DNA of 64,000 bases from Patescibacteria group bacterium. GTDB lineage: Bacteria; Patescibacteriota; Microgenomatia; UBA1400; UBA12028. Positions 49,890-59,457 of the stretch are shown in pieces. The notes beneath the pieces are model-generated. The model saw nothing but the letters and a program-made list of their open reading frames with translations. It had not been told where the DNA came from and made no database searches. Both the position numbers and the translations under genes were made by a program. Positions within the stretch are counted from its first letter, which is position 1, and each line of letters begins with the position of its first letter. Where the stretch lies: assembly GCA_035479015.1 (NCBI GenBank), contig DATIJC010000020.1, forward strand, positions 4,365 to 68,364, read 5' to 3'.

Positions 49890-52741
49890 ACCTTCTCTAC
49901 TTTGGGAGTGCCTCGAAGGAGCGTTCCCACATGAGCCCGGCGGCGAATCTCTTCCGTATACTCATCCGGCCACTCCGGTAGCCAAGCATTTACATGGTCT
50001 CCCACAGCTATCGATACATCAGCCTTGCGCATATCTTGGATTTGACGGACACACTCGCGCATTTTCCCTTCCGCTATCAATTGATCTGTCAGCGTAGTAT
50101 CTAGATCCACTTCTAGTAAACTTGCAGATTTTTGCAGCCAATCTATTTTTTTGACGTTCACTTCAACAGAAATAAGTTCCTGTAATTTCACATCAATAGC
50201 TGGGAACTCACTGACGACGTGAAGAATGGACAAGGGTTGGCGCACTTTGAGTGACTTGAGTTTACGGATAGACAGAGCCTTTTCCACAATTTGGGCGGTC
50301 AGTGCCATATCTGCTTCTAATTTCTCATCACGTAGTGCCAACAGATCAGAGACCTCTGGCCAGTCAGCCAAGTGCAATGACTCTCCACTCCCAGTGATAC
50401 CTTGATAAATCGTCTCACTAATAAACGGGATAAATGGTGCAAACAATTTGCATAGTAGTACTAGCGCACGCCTATATATCTCGCGGGCATCGCTACTTTC
50501 TTTCAAACGCTCACGCGATAACCGGACATACCAGGTGGAGAGAAGTGTAGTAAATTCCATGAGTGTTCTACTGGCGTTAGTGAGGTCATACCCATCCATA
50601 TAGATAGTCACCTCTTGGGTCAAGTTGGCGAGTTTTGACAGCAGCCAGCGATCCATTACATGTAGAGTTGATAGTTGATAGTTGACCGTTTGGATTTTAG
50701 ATTTTAGATTTTGGATTTTGGAGTCCTGTAAGTACATTGCGTAGAATCCATACATATTCCACAATGTGTTCACTACACGATTTTGGATTTCATGCACTCC
50801 TTTTTCGGAAAAATTCAAATTTTCACCCTTCATGAGAGGGCTACTCATCATGTAGAGGCGCAGTGAGTCTACTCCATACTTATCGATGAGTAAGTTTGGG
50901 TCGGGATAATTGTGCTTGCTCTTACTCATCTTTTGGCCGTCCTCAGCGAGGATTGTCCCGGTGGTCAAACAGTTTTCAAACGCTTGCGAGCCAAATATTC
51001 CCACAGATAAGACGTGCATACAGTAAAACCACGCACGTGTCTGAGCGATGTACTCGGTGATAAATTGCGCAGGATAGGAAGAATCAAATTGCGGTTTATT
51101 TTCAAAGGGGTAATGCATTTGGGCAAACGGCATGCTCCCGGATTCCACCCAACAGTCAAATACTTCAAAAACGCGTTTTCCTTTGATCGTCTTCTGGTCA
51201 TCCACCCAAACTTCTATTTCGTCCAAAAATTCCCGGTGTAGATCTGTCAGTTTTTCCACCTGTTTTGGATCTACCGCCCAGTGTTTCAATTCTTCGATGC
51301 TTCCTACAACCCGGCGCAAATTTCCGCTTTGCCAGATGGGCATCGGTGTTCCCCAGTATCTACTGCGTGAAATGTTCCAATCAGGTGCAGTCTCTAGTCC
51401 CTTGCCGAAGCGTCCGTACTTTAAATGCTCCGGGAACCAATTGATGTATTCGTTAGCTTTTATCATTTCAGGCCGCAACTTGGCAACGTCAATAAACCAC
51501 GCGGGTAGGGCATTAAAGTACAGTGGTGTTCCACAGCGGTAACAAAATGGATATGAGTGCGTGAAACGACTCGTGTGAAAAACAAGATCTCGTTGAGTTA
51601 AGTCCTCTACTACCCACTTCTCTGCTTTTTTATAGAAGACTCCCGCAAGTGGTTCCACAAATTCTAAAAATTTCCCCTGATCATCCAAGGTTGGTACACA
51701 AGGTAATTTTCTCTCCTGTGCAAGTTTATAGTCATCCTCACCAAAAATTGCAGCAGTATGAACGATACCGGATCCTTCCTCTAAGCTCACAAAGTCGGCA
51801 GTCATGACATAGTGTGCTTTTTTCCCATCAAGAGGCATGTAGGTGTATAGCGGTTCGTACTCCAATCCTTCCAACTCTTTCCCTTTCGCAGTTTTAAGTA
51901 CGGTTGGCTCCTTGATGCCAAGCAAGTGTGCCATCGCGCTTAAACGGTCTTTAGCCACCCAAAAACTCATGTCCTGGAATTCGAACAAAACATATTTTGC
52001 TTCAGGAAGTACTGCCAGAGCTACATTACCAGGAAGTGTCCAAGGAGTAGTTGTCCAAGCTACAAAATAGGTATTTTTTTCACCAACTACTTTAAACTTT
52101 ACAAAAAGTGAATAATCTTCAGTATCTTGATAGCTATTGTCCATAGCTATCTCAAAATTTGAGAGCGGTGTGGAGCAGCGCGGACAGTATAAAATTACTT
52201 TTCTACCTTGATATATCAAACCTTTTTTGTAGAGCTCGCTAAAACCCCACCAGACACTTTCCATGAAATTCTTATCCATGGTTTTATACGCTCTATCAAA
52301 ATCAACCCAACGTCCCAGGCGGCGGATAGTTTTCTTCCATTCTTTGTCATAAACCATGATAGATGCAGCACAGGCTTGGTTAAATTTATCGATTCCAAGT
52401 TCTTCGATTCCTTTTTTTCCACCTTTCAGACCCAGCTGCTTCTCAATCGCATTTTCGATCGGCACGCCGTGACAGTCCCATCCCCAAACACGTTCGACGT
52501 GCTTACCTCGCATCGTCTGGTAGCGTGGAATGACGTCTTTACTCGTAGAGCTGAGAAGATGGCCGTAATGAGGTAAACCGTTGGCAAAGGGTGGCCCGTC
52601 GTAAAAAACGTAGGTATCGTTTTTAGGACGGTTGTCGACCGATTTTTTAAATGCGTCCGTATCATCCCAGAACTGCAACACTTCTTCTTCAAGTTTGGCA
52701 AAGTTCGGACGACCTTGCGAAAATTTAGATAATTTTTTCAT
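49886..52741 (-). CDS. ileS: isoleucyl-tRNA synthetase (type 2-like)
   Basis: PPFANGLPHYGHLL (HIGH region), GWDCHGVPIE, KMSKSKHN. Confidence 0.95.
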   Translation of the reverse strand: MKKLSKFSQGRPNFAKLEEEVLQFWDDTDAFKKSVDNRPKNDTYVFYDGPPFANGLPHYGHLLSSTSKDVIPRYQTMRGKHVERVWGWDCHGVPIENAIEKQLGLKGGKKGIEELGIDKFNQACAASIMVYDKEWKKTIRRLGRWVDFDRAYKTMDKNFMESVWWGFSELYKKGLIYQGRKVILYCPRCSTPLSNFEIAMDNSYQDTEDYSLFVKFKVVGEKNTYFVAWTTTPWTLPGNVALAVLPEAKYVLFEFQDMSFWVAKDRLSAMAHLLGIKEPTVLKTAKGKELEGLEYEPLYTYMPLDGKKAHYVMTADFVSLEEGSGIVHTAAIFGEDDYKLAQERKLPCVPTLDDQGKFLEFVEPLAGVFYKKAEKWVVEDLTQRDLVFHTSRFTHSYPFCYRCGTPLYFNALPAWFIDVAKLRPEMIKANEYINWFPEHLKYGRFGKGLETAPDWNISRSRYWGTPMPIWQSGNLRRVVGSIEELKHWAVDPKQVEKLTDLHREFLDEIEVWVDDQKTIKGKRVFEVFDCWVESGSMPFAQMHYPFENKPQFDSSYPAQFITEYIAQTRAWFYCMHVLSVGIFGSQAFENCLTTGTILAEDGQKMSKSKHNYPDPNLLIDKYGVDSLRLYMMSSPLMKGENLNFSEKGVHEIQNRVVNTLWNMYGFYAMYLQDSKIQNLKSKIQTVNYQLSTLHVMDRWLLSKLANLTQEVTIYMDGYDLTNASRTLMEFTTLLSTWYVRLSRERLKESSDAREIYRRALVLLCKLFAPFIPFISETIYQGITGSGESLHLADWPEVSDLLALRDEKLEADMALTAQIVEKALSIRKLKSLKVRQPLSILHVVSEFPAIDVKLQELISVEVNVKKIDWLQKSASLLEVDLDTTLTDQLIAEGKMRECVRQIQDMRKADVSIAVGDHVNAWLPEWPDEYTEEIRRRAHVGTLLRGTPKVEKV
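50665..50721. repeat. two adjacent heptamer arrays (AGTTGAT)x3 and (GATTTTR)x4 inside the ileS coding sequence; encode SKIQNLKSKIQTVNYQLSTL
   Basis: Seen directly. Confidence 0.7.
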
Positions 52742-52744
52742 AAT

Positions 52745-52769
52745 TTGTCCCCGCGTAGGCGGGGATCCA
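52745..52769. repeat. left-type hairpin (TTGTC-ccccgc-GTAG-gcgggg-ATCCA) between GIY-YIG stop and ileS start
   Basis: Flanks TTGTC...ATCCA and loop GTAG match the left hairpins of the doublet elements. Confidence 0.55.
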
Positions 52770-52780
52770 CGTATTGATAG

Positions 52781-53071
52781 TTAGAATAAACTTAAATCTA
52801 TCCACTTAGGATTCATTTCCCAGATTCTTCTCAATTTCCATGCTCTATTCCATTTTTTCATTTGTTTTTCTTTAATCCTTGCTTCTCTTAAACTCCCGGT
52901 TTGTTCAAACCATACTAAAATATGAGTTTCATACTTTTTAGTAAAATTAGAGTTGTTATGCTTATGCTGATATATTCTTCTGTTCAAATCCTTTGTACTA
53001 CCAATATAGAGCGTTCCACATTTTTTATTTGCGAGCATGTAAACATATCCATATTCTTTTTCATCAACCAT
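52781..53071 (-). CDS. small GIY-YIG nuclease (UPF0213-like, 97 aa, start at MVDEKEYGYVYML)
   Basis: GYVYMLANKKCGTLYIGSTKDLNRRIYQH is a canonical GIY-YIG motif. The upstream 14 codons of the track ORF run through a hairpin and a terminator, so Met15 is preferred. Confidence 0.75.
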   Translation of the reverse strand: MVDEKEYGYVYMLANKKCGTLYIGSTKDLNRRIYQHKHNNSNFTKKYETHILVWFEQTGSLREARIKEKQMKKWNRAWKLRRIWEMNPKWIDLSLF

Positions 53072-53072
53072 A

Positions 53073-53104
53073 CTGGACCCCCGCCTTCGCGGGGGTGGAC
53101 ATAA
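53073..53104. repeat. right-type hairpin (CTGGA-cccccgc-CTTC-gcggggg-TGGACAT) 2 nt upstream of the GIY-YIG start
   Basis: Flanks CTGGA...TGGACA and the CTWC loop match the right hairpins of the doublet elements. Confidence 0.55.
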
Positions 53105-53150
53105 AAAAACCACGCTACATGTCCATTGTAAAGGACGCTGGCGCGTGGTA
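53101..53150 (-). terminator. imperfect long hairpin (CCACGC...GCGTGG) followed by T7 on the minus strand
   Basis: Seen in sequence. Ends the 53271-54018 gene pair. Confidence 0.45.
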
Positions 53151-53270
53151 CCACCTTTAATACTTCTCGTACTGCTGTGTCGGGCTTACCCGGAGGGATT
53201 TACTTAGTTTCTCCCCTCATGCTCATCTAGTGATAGCTAGACTCAAACGCAACTAGAACTAATTATACAC

Positions 53271-53657
53271 CTATTCCCGTACTCTGATCGACCCCGCAAG
53301 TAAAACTATTTCTTTGAAAACATCGCCAATTCTAAATGGGTTTTCGATGCCTGCAATGTTTGAATTAAACTGTGTAGTATCAAACTCTCCTTTTCGCGTG
53401 AGTACTATCTGGTAACCGCCCAATCTTCCGAGATGATGCACGTAATTTATCAGAATACCTTCGTTAGGGCGAAGATCTACGACCAGTTTTCCGCTCGGTC
53501 CAATTTTCAATTCATATCTGCCATTGACCAACTTCCATGAGGAATCACTGCTGGGCCTACGTTTTGCTTCAAAACCACTCATTATTTGGGTAACCGACTC
53601 AGGATCAATCATTTCCATAGTCTTGATCACTTCCCAACGATAGAGCAAGCACAGCAA
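53271..53657 (-). CDS. hypothetical protein
   Basis: ORF only. Confidence 0.35.
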   Translation of the reverse strand: MLCLLYRWEVIKTMEMIDPESVTQIMSGFEAKRRPSSDSSWKLVNGRYELKIGPSGKLVVDLRPNEGILINYVHHLGRLGGYQIVLTRKGEFDTTQFNSNIAGIENPFRIGDVFKEIVLLAGSIRVRE

Positions 53658-54018
53658 TCCATTGAACTAATTCCTTAATAGACATTGCATGATATTCATT
53701 CATTTGTCGAGAATAATCATCAATACTGAGAATTTGTCCAAATGTATCGATTACAAACGAAACAGTGCACGGATTACCGAGCATGGCAAAATATTGCACG
53801 CGTATTCCAGTGAATGGCATCTCAGTAACGATAATTTTAGAGGTACCATTTGAACCCTTTTCATATGTATCACCCACTCTAACCCATCCAATAGAGTCAG
53901 CTTTTTCGCCTCTTCTTAAGCCGCTGATTATTTTTCCTACGTTGGCCTCGTTTAATATTTCCTTCATATTATTTGTTCCGTAAGAATGCTGGGATGTCAA
54001 ACTCGTCATCCAGATCAT
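53605..54018 (-). CDS. hypothetical protein
   Basis: ORF only. Confidence 0.35.
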   Translation of the reverse strand: MIWMTSLTSQHSYGTNNMKEILNEANVGKIISGLRRGEKADSIGWVRVGDTYEKGSNGTSKIIVTEMPFTGIRVQYFAMLGNPCTVSFVIDTFGQILSIDDYSRQMNEYHAMSIKELVQWIAVLALSLGSDQDYGND

Positions 54019-55225
54019 CAGATTTGGGTTTTGGAGCTTGTGGTTGCTCGTGTATTGGCGCAGGTTGAATAGGAGTGAATCCGCTGCTCACAGGTTGCTG
54101 GGCCGATGAATACACGGGAATAGAAGACATCGGACTTTGTTGGGTTCTGGGGGGTAGGTTTTGGGTAGTGGGTTGCAGATTAGAAGCAGCAGGAGACTCA
54201 CCGTACGCTCCAAAGTTGCGGCGCATGAAACCGCTTGCATACTTTAATCTGTTTTCATCAAAGCCAGTAGCAATGACAGAGATTTTAAGATTTGATCCCA
54301 TTTTCTCATCGATCGTCGCACCAAAAATAATGTTCGCATCGGGATCAGCCGCTTGCGTGATCACTTGCGATGCTTCAGCAATCTCGGGCAGTGTAATATC
54401 TCCACCGCCAGTAATGATGTATAGGATACCCTTCGCCCCTTCTATGGACACCTCTAAGAGAGGTGAAGAAATTGCGCCACGTGCTGCAGTCGTAGCACGG
54501 TTTTCGCCACTGGCTTGCCCAATTCCCATCAGGGCAGTACCGCTGTCAGCCATAATCGTCTTTACATCCGCGAAGTCGACGTTTACCAAGCCTGGTACTG
54601 TTATGAGGTCAGAGATTCCCTGCACACCTTGTCCAAGTACGTTATCAGCTAGATGAAACGCATCAAGCAATGTCATTTTTCGATCAACCACGTCCAACAA
54701 TTTTTGATTGGGGATCACGATGAGCGTGTCCACTTTTTCTTTAAGGTTCTCGATGCCTTCTTCCGCTACGCGTCCGCGGCGCATTCCCTCAAAGCCAAAT
54801 GGCTTTGTCACGACGGCTACTGTCAGCGCACCTGATTCTTTGGCCACTTCCGCGATGATTGGTGATGCTCCAGTTCCCGTTCCACCTCCCATACCGGCGG
54901 TGATGAACACCATGTCGGTGTCATATAAGAGCTCTTTGATTTTTTCACGCGATTCCTCTGCGGCTTCATGACCCACATCAGGATCTGCACCACTTCCTAA
55001 GCCTCTCGTAAAATTATTTCCAATTTGTAGTTTTGTCTGTGCTTTATTATTCAAAAGTGCTTGAACATCTGTATTGATCGCCACAAACTCAACTCCTTGG
55101 ATCAATTCTGACTCAATCATTGAGTTGATGGCATTGCCACCACCACCGCCGATACCTAAGACTTTTATTTTTGCGAATGTATTATTAGTTGGTTTAACGA
55201 GTGCCATAGGGATATATGAATACAA
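53969..55225 (-). CDS. ftsZ: cell division GTPase FtsZ
   Basis: [14 protein letters not shown] ... [14 protein letters not shown] (tubulin signature). Confidence 0.95.
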   Translation of the reverse strand: MYSYIPMALVKPTNNTFAKIKVLGIGGGGGNAINSMIESELIQGVEFVAINTDVQALLNNKAQTKLQIGNNFTRGLGSGADPDVGHEAAEESREKIKELLYDTDMVFITAGMGGGTGTGASPIIAEVAKESGALTVAVVTKPFGFEGMRRGRVAEEGIENLKEKVDTLIVIPNQKLLDVVDRKMTLLDAFHLADNVLGQGVQGISDLITVPGLVNVDFADVKTIMADSGTALMGIGQASGENRATTAARGAISSPLLEVSIEGAKGILYIITGGGDITLPEIAEASQVITQAADPDANIIFGATIDEKMGSNLKISVIATGFDENRLKYASGFMRRNFGAYGESPAASNLQPTTQNLPPRTQQSPMSSIPVYSSAQQPVSSGFTPIQPAPIHEQPQAPKPKSDDLDDEFDIPAFLRNK

Positions 55226-55315
55226 TCAGTATACGAAATTCGCGTTTTTCCGAATGTATACCAAATTCGGCCTCATCATAAATGCGCTAAAATTTAATTG
55301 CAAGAGGAGAAAAAA

Positions 55316-55891
55316 TTATTTACTCTTTCCACCATGAACTCGAACACTGCCAGTAGGAGGTATGTTTACACCACGCAGACCAATTTGTTCCGATAGAGGA
55401 AAGAAACCACTTACTGTTTCTGTACCATCACCTATTGGAATGGTAATCTCTGCCCCCTCAGGCATGCGATTGTCTCCAAACACAAGAGAGTCTACGGGAA
55501 TCCCCTCATTTCGTAGTGCCGGCGCAGATGTATATTGAGGATTATTCCCTGTCAACATATCTTGACGGGACTTGAAATACACAAGATTTTCTCTACTTAC
55601 CAAAGCAACTAGGTGATGAGACTCCAAATATTCGCGTGATAATGAATGTGAAGTGTCAATAAATTCAGGCCGAGAACCTTGTTCTTGCTCTGTTGTTTGT
55701 TTCGCGCTTGCCGTCATCTCACCTCTCTGGCCTCCTAGATTCAATGCCGTTGTCGCGCCCAGAAGGATAGTGCTACCTACTAAGCCCAATCGAGTCAACA
55801 ATGGAAGCTTACTATTCTTTTTCTTTTTATCTTTTAGAAGATCAAGCTCTTCAGGATCACCTTCTTTGTAAAAAATCTTGTCGCGGTCCAT
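55316..55891 (-). CDS. hypothetical single-pass membrane protein between ftsA and ftsZ
   Basis: One TM helix (LLTRLGLVGSTILLGATTAL). Confidence 0.4.
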   Translation of the reverse strand: MDRDKIFYKEGDPEELDLLKDKKKKNSKLPLLTRLGLVGSTILLGATTALNLGGQRGEMTASAKQTTEQEQGSRPEFIDTSHSLSREYLESHHLVALVSRENLVYFKSRQDMLTGNNPQYTSAPALRNEGIPVDSLVFGDNRMPEGAEITIPIGDGTETVSGFFPLSEQIGLRGVNIPPTGSVRVHGGKSK

Positions 55892-55893
55892 AT

Positions 55894-56385
55894 TTAACTC
55901 CTATTGGATGATTCGAGCATTCCGGTCATAGTAATCCCTGCGGTAAGTATCCCATCTTGACTCAACAGAATCGCTCCACCATCAGCATCATGCGGGATAC
56001 GCATGTACACCCCGCCCTGATAGTCAAATATATTGTCACTATCTGCTACGACAAAGAAGTGCGTCCCAGCAGCAAGAGTTTTACCAGAGTCATACCTGCC
56101 TACATACGACGACGGTAAATGGTATATAGGAATATCTGCAGTAAACTCCAATTTAAATAACTTGGGCCTTTCTGATGTGTCGACACCAAATTGCGCTGCT
56201 ACGTCAAATATAGCAGTATCCACTACCGGGGTGGGGGCATATGGAGATTCGACAAATGGAACATCTGGCGATGGGGTTTGTTCCTGTGCTTGAGCAGGTA
56301 GAGCTGACAATCCAAACAGAATAGCAATTTCAGCAACAGATAATTTCAAAAACTGTCTGCGATCGATTTCGGGCGACTTATTCAT
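55894..56385 (-). CDS. secreted hypothetical protein with a twin-arginine-like signal (start taken at MNKSPEIDRRQFLKLSVA)
   Basis: RRQFLK motif followed by an h-region and AQA cleavage site. The upstream part of the track ORF overlaps ftsA by about 130 nt, so the internal Met was chosen. Confidence 0.45.
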   Translation of the reverse strand: MNKSPEIDRRQFLKLSVAEIAILFGLSALPAQAQEQTPSPDVPFVESPYAPTPVVDTAIFDVAAQFGVDTSERPKLFKLEFTADIPIYHLPSSYVGRYDSGKTLAAGTHFFVVADSDNIFDYQGGVYMRIPHDADGGAILLSQDGILTAGITMTGMLESSNRS

Positions 56386-56389
56386 ATTT

Positions 56390-57694
56390 TTATGGGAGCA
56401 GTGATTTAAACAGACTAATAATCTTTTCCGGAAGCTTGCTGAAATTTTTTGGCAGTAGCGATGCAACCGAGAAACCAGAGCCATTGGCGCGAACTTCTTC
56501 TCCCCCGTTCTTAGCTCCATAGAGGATCAAACCCATTGCTGTGGTAAAGATCGGCGACTCTACATCTTCTATAAGTCCACGCACTCCTGTGGGTACGCCT
56601 ACTCTCGTAGACAGTGAAAGCGTGCGTTTGCAAACATCGGTCATGCCTACTGTCAGCGCACCACCGCCAGAAAGTACAATGCCCGCTGGAATCAATGGGA
56701 ACAATTTTTCCTTCTCCAATTCTTTACCTACAAGTTCAAACATCTCTTTCATACGCGGCACCATGATGTTTTCTACTACCATCTTGCGTGACAGGGTATC
56801 TCCCTCATCTATTCCTAGACGCTTCAAATCCATTTCGTCTTCACGCTTTAATCGCTCCCGGCGCTGCTCGCGCGTTTCTCCAGAAGGTGCATCCGATTCG
56901 GGTGGCATATCGGCCAATGCTAGTTTGATTTTTTCCGCTGCTGCTAGACTTAGGTGCGTGCCAAGCGCAATGTCTTGGGTGACATGCCGCGCGCCTATCG
57001 GTAGCACTGCTGAATATGTCAGCGCACCTTCGACATAGATCGCCATAGATGTCGAGCCTGCACCAATGTCCAGTAACACCACACCCAGCTCTTTCTCTGT
57101 CTCTGACAATACAGCAAGCGATGATGCAAGTCCGGCAAATACAAATCCGGAGACAGTTATCCCTACCTCACTCAAACATTTTGTTAAGTTGCGCAGAGCC
57201 GTAGCAGAGCCAGAGATAATATGCGCTTCAGCTTCTAGGCGGATACCGCTCATGCCTACTGGATCTTTGATGCCACTTTGGCCATCCACTTGAAACTCCC
57301 GCGGTATGACGTGAATAATTTCACGTGCCGAGGGAAGTGATATTGCGCGGGCAGCCTCGATCACGCGGTCAATATCAGTAGCCGTGATTTCACCATCTGG
57401 GCTGGCTACAGCTACTACTCCCTTAGAATTTTGTGAACTAATATGTGTCCCAGACACAGAGACGTATGCGCTGGAGACACCAAATCCTGCCATGCGCTCC
57501 GCACCATCTAATGATTGAATGATGGCCTCAATAGCCTCTTCCAAATCGACGATTTGACTCTTTTTGATGCCTTTGCTGGCAATTGAAGAAATACCTAAAA
57601 TCTGCAGAGCCCCCTCAGGGGATTGTCCCGCAATTACCGTACACACTTTTTCCGTTCCTATATCGATCGCAGTGATCACTTTAGTTTTTGCCAT
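56390..57694 (-). CDS. ftsA: cell division protein FtsA
   Basis: Actin-like ATPase blocks IDIGTEKV, DIGAGST. Confidence 0.9.
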   Translation of the reverse strand: MAKTKVITAIDIGTEKVCTVIAGQSPEGALQILGISSIASKGIKKSQIVDLEEAIEAIIQSLDGAERMAGFGVSSAYVSVSGTHISSQNSKGVVAVASPDGEITATDIDRVIEAARAISLPSAREIIHVIPREFQVDGQSGIKDPVGMSGIRLEAEAHIISGSATALRNLTKCLSEVGITVSGFVFAGLASSLAVLSETEKELGVVLLDIGAGSTSMAIYVEGALTYSAVLPIGARHVTQDIALGTHLSLAAAEKIKLALADMPPESDAPSGETREQRRERLKREDEMDLKRLGIDEGDTLSRKMVVENIMVPRMKEMFELVGKELEKEKLFPLIPAGIVLSGGGALTVGMTDVCKRTLSLSTRVGVPTGVRGLIEDVESPIFTTAMGLILYGAKNGGEEVRANGSGFSVASLLPKNFSKLPEKIISLFKSLLP

Positions 57695-57710
57695 ACACCT
57701 TTAACCCACT

Positions 57711-58355
57711 CTACTGTTTCAGTACCGGATTTGCAAACCGCAAATCAATGACCGTAAATCTATTCTCTATTGTAGAGTTACTCAAGATCGATTGTAAAGA
57801 CTCTAGTTCTTTTCCAAAATCTTGTGTATCGACAACGGCTTTCCTTCCGTCTCTGCTAAAAATAGTGATTTCCGTATCATCTTTCACTTCAATCCGCAGG
57901 ATCATATCCCGCAGACCAGGAGATATGTTACTCAGTGAGCGGTACATAGATATGACGGGAGAGCTCACCCTATCTCCCGGGTGAAGCGGCGCAAACCGCT
58001 GATCTATCACTTCAATTTTGAGTTGGGGTGGCGCTTCCACTACTAACCCTGCATCACCTATTTGGCGATACTCCCCGTTTGGCGCAACCCGTACCGAATA
58101 CAACACACTGGGATTTTCAATCTTTACCCAAATCGTTTGTGGATATTGTTTTTCAATATGCACGATATATGGAGTTAGACTGATTTTCACGGATCCAAGT
58201 ATTGTGCGCCGCTGCAGTCCTTCCAGCTTGCGTAACTGTTCTTGTGTGCATGTAGTCTGTTCAAATGTGCAATTGATGTGACGTATTTTGAATTGAGAAG
58301 TGATCAACAGAACTAATAGTATGCAAAAGACAACGGGGATTAAAACTCTATACAT
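57711..58355 (-). CDS. ftsQ: FtsQ/DivIB-like cell division protein
   Basis: Position between murG and ftsA. Single TM helix plus POTRA-like region. Confidence 0.55.
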   Translation of the reverse strand: MYRVLIPVVFCILLVLLITSQFKIRHINCTFEQTTCTQEQLRKLEGLQRRTILGSVKISLTPYIVHIEKQYPQTIWVKIENPSVLYSVRVAPNGEYRQIGDAGLVVEAPPQLKIEVIDQRFAPLHPGDRVSSPVISMYRSLSNISPGLRDMILRIEVKDDTEITIFSRDGRKAVVDTQDFGKELESLQSILSNSTIENRFTVIDLRFANPVLKQ

Positions 58356-58359
58356 GGGG

Positions 58360-59457
58360 CTATTGTAACGAATCAGTGATGAGTTTAGTGAAACGTCTGG
58401 TACCATCAAGTACTAAGTGTTTTTGAAATTCGCTCATATTGCGCTTCAAGGTTGGGTAACGCCGCTCCATCGTCTGGATAGCGCTCCACAGGGTGCTGGG
58501 CAATAAATTCTTTTGCAGCAGTAGCAGGCTTGCTCCTGCGCGTACAACCTCAGCGCAGTTTTTGTACTGTTCATCGTTATAGGCAAATGCTAAGGGTATA
58601 TAGATAGCCGGCGTCCCTGCTATCGACAACTCCTGCACTGTGTTCGCACCGGCTCGGCTAATCACAAACTTTGCATGCCGCAATAGAAAGCTCACCTCTT
58701 TCGCTTCAATCCATTCACGCGCCACATATGATCCCTGTTCCAAATCTGCGGATACATGTAACTCAAGTTCTCCTTTTCCGCACTGGTGCACAACTAAATA
58801 TTCTTTGGCTAACTTCGGGAGTATTGCCCGCAAGGTTTGATTGATAATATGCGAACCCTGAGATCCACCAGTGACATAGACAAATGGCTTCTTCGTAAAC
58901 GAATCCGGCAGCCAAGTAGGTGGACGCGTGTATTCCCGAAATAATGATTCTCGGATCGGGTTACCCGTAAATTTCACCTTCGCTTTTGGGAAAAACCGAG
59001 CAGATTCTGGATATGAGACTGCGACATGATCAGCAAAGAGAGCGATTGCCTGGTTTGCAAGTCCTGCGACCCGCGTTTGTTCGTGTGTAAGGACTTTGGC
59101 GCCAAAAAGCTTTGCTATCAGTGCGACTGGAAGTGCGACATATCCACCAAATGAAACCACCAAGTCCGGTTTATTTTTCCGGAACATAGTAAATAATTTT
59201 TGAAGTGTTGGTAGGATTTTAGGAATCTCTGAAATGTTTTCCCACCAGAGGGCGCGGTGAAATTTTGGCGCATCAATTGATATGAACGGAACAGAACGGA
59301 CCTCCATCTCTTCCCGTTCTCTAGAGTGCATGCTCTTCCCTTGGGCATACTCTCTGCCGATAAAAATGATCGACAAATTCTCTTTTTTCTTTATCAATTC
59401 ATCGATGACGGCGAGCGCGGGAGTCAGGTGCCCGCCCGTTATATATACGTTTTTCAT
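58360..59457 (-). CDS. murG: undecaprenyl-PP-MurNAc-pentapeptide GlcNAc transferase
   Basis: ITGGHLTPALAV N-terminus and GT28 blocks. Confidence 0.9.
   Translation of the reverse strand: MKNVYITGGHLTPALAVIDELIKKKENLSIIFIGREYAQGKSMHSREREEMEVRSVPFISIDAPKFHRALWWENISEIPKILPTLQKLFTMFRKNKPDLVVSFGGYVALPVALIAKLFGAKVLTHEQTRVAGLANQAIALFADHVAVSYPESARFFPKAKVKFTGNPIRESLFREYTRPPTWLPDSFTKKPFVYVTGGSQGSHIINQTLRAILPKLAKEYLVVHQCGKGELELHVSADLEQGSYVAREWIEAKEVSFLLRHAKFVISRAGANTVQELSIAGTPAIYIPLAFAYNDEQYKNCAEVVRAGASLLLLQKNLLPSTLWSAIQTMERRYPTLKRNMSEFQKHLVLDGTRRFTKLITDSLQ

Noticed and set aside
22619-50721. CRISPR array candidates (the short GGATTTT and AGTTGAT tandem repeats)
   Set aside because: Repeat units are 7 nt with no spacers, located inside coding sequences. 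These are microsatellites, not CRISPR. No cas genes in the window.
53101-53270. Identification of the structured interval as SRP RNA, RNase P RNA, 6S or tmRNA
   Set aside because: I could not find the conserved SRP domain IV (GGAAGCAGCC/AGG...CCGG), the RNase P P4 or a tmRNA tRNA-like end by eye. Left as an unassigned candidate only.
54075-54971. Plus-strand ORFs inside ftsZ
   Set aside because: Antisense to ftsZ. They are GC-skew artefacts with repetitive A/P/S-rich translations.
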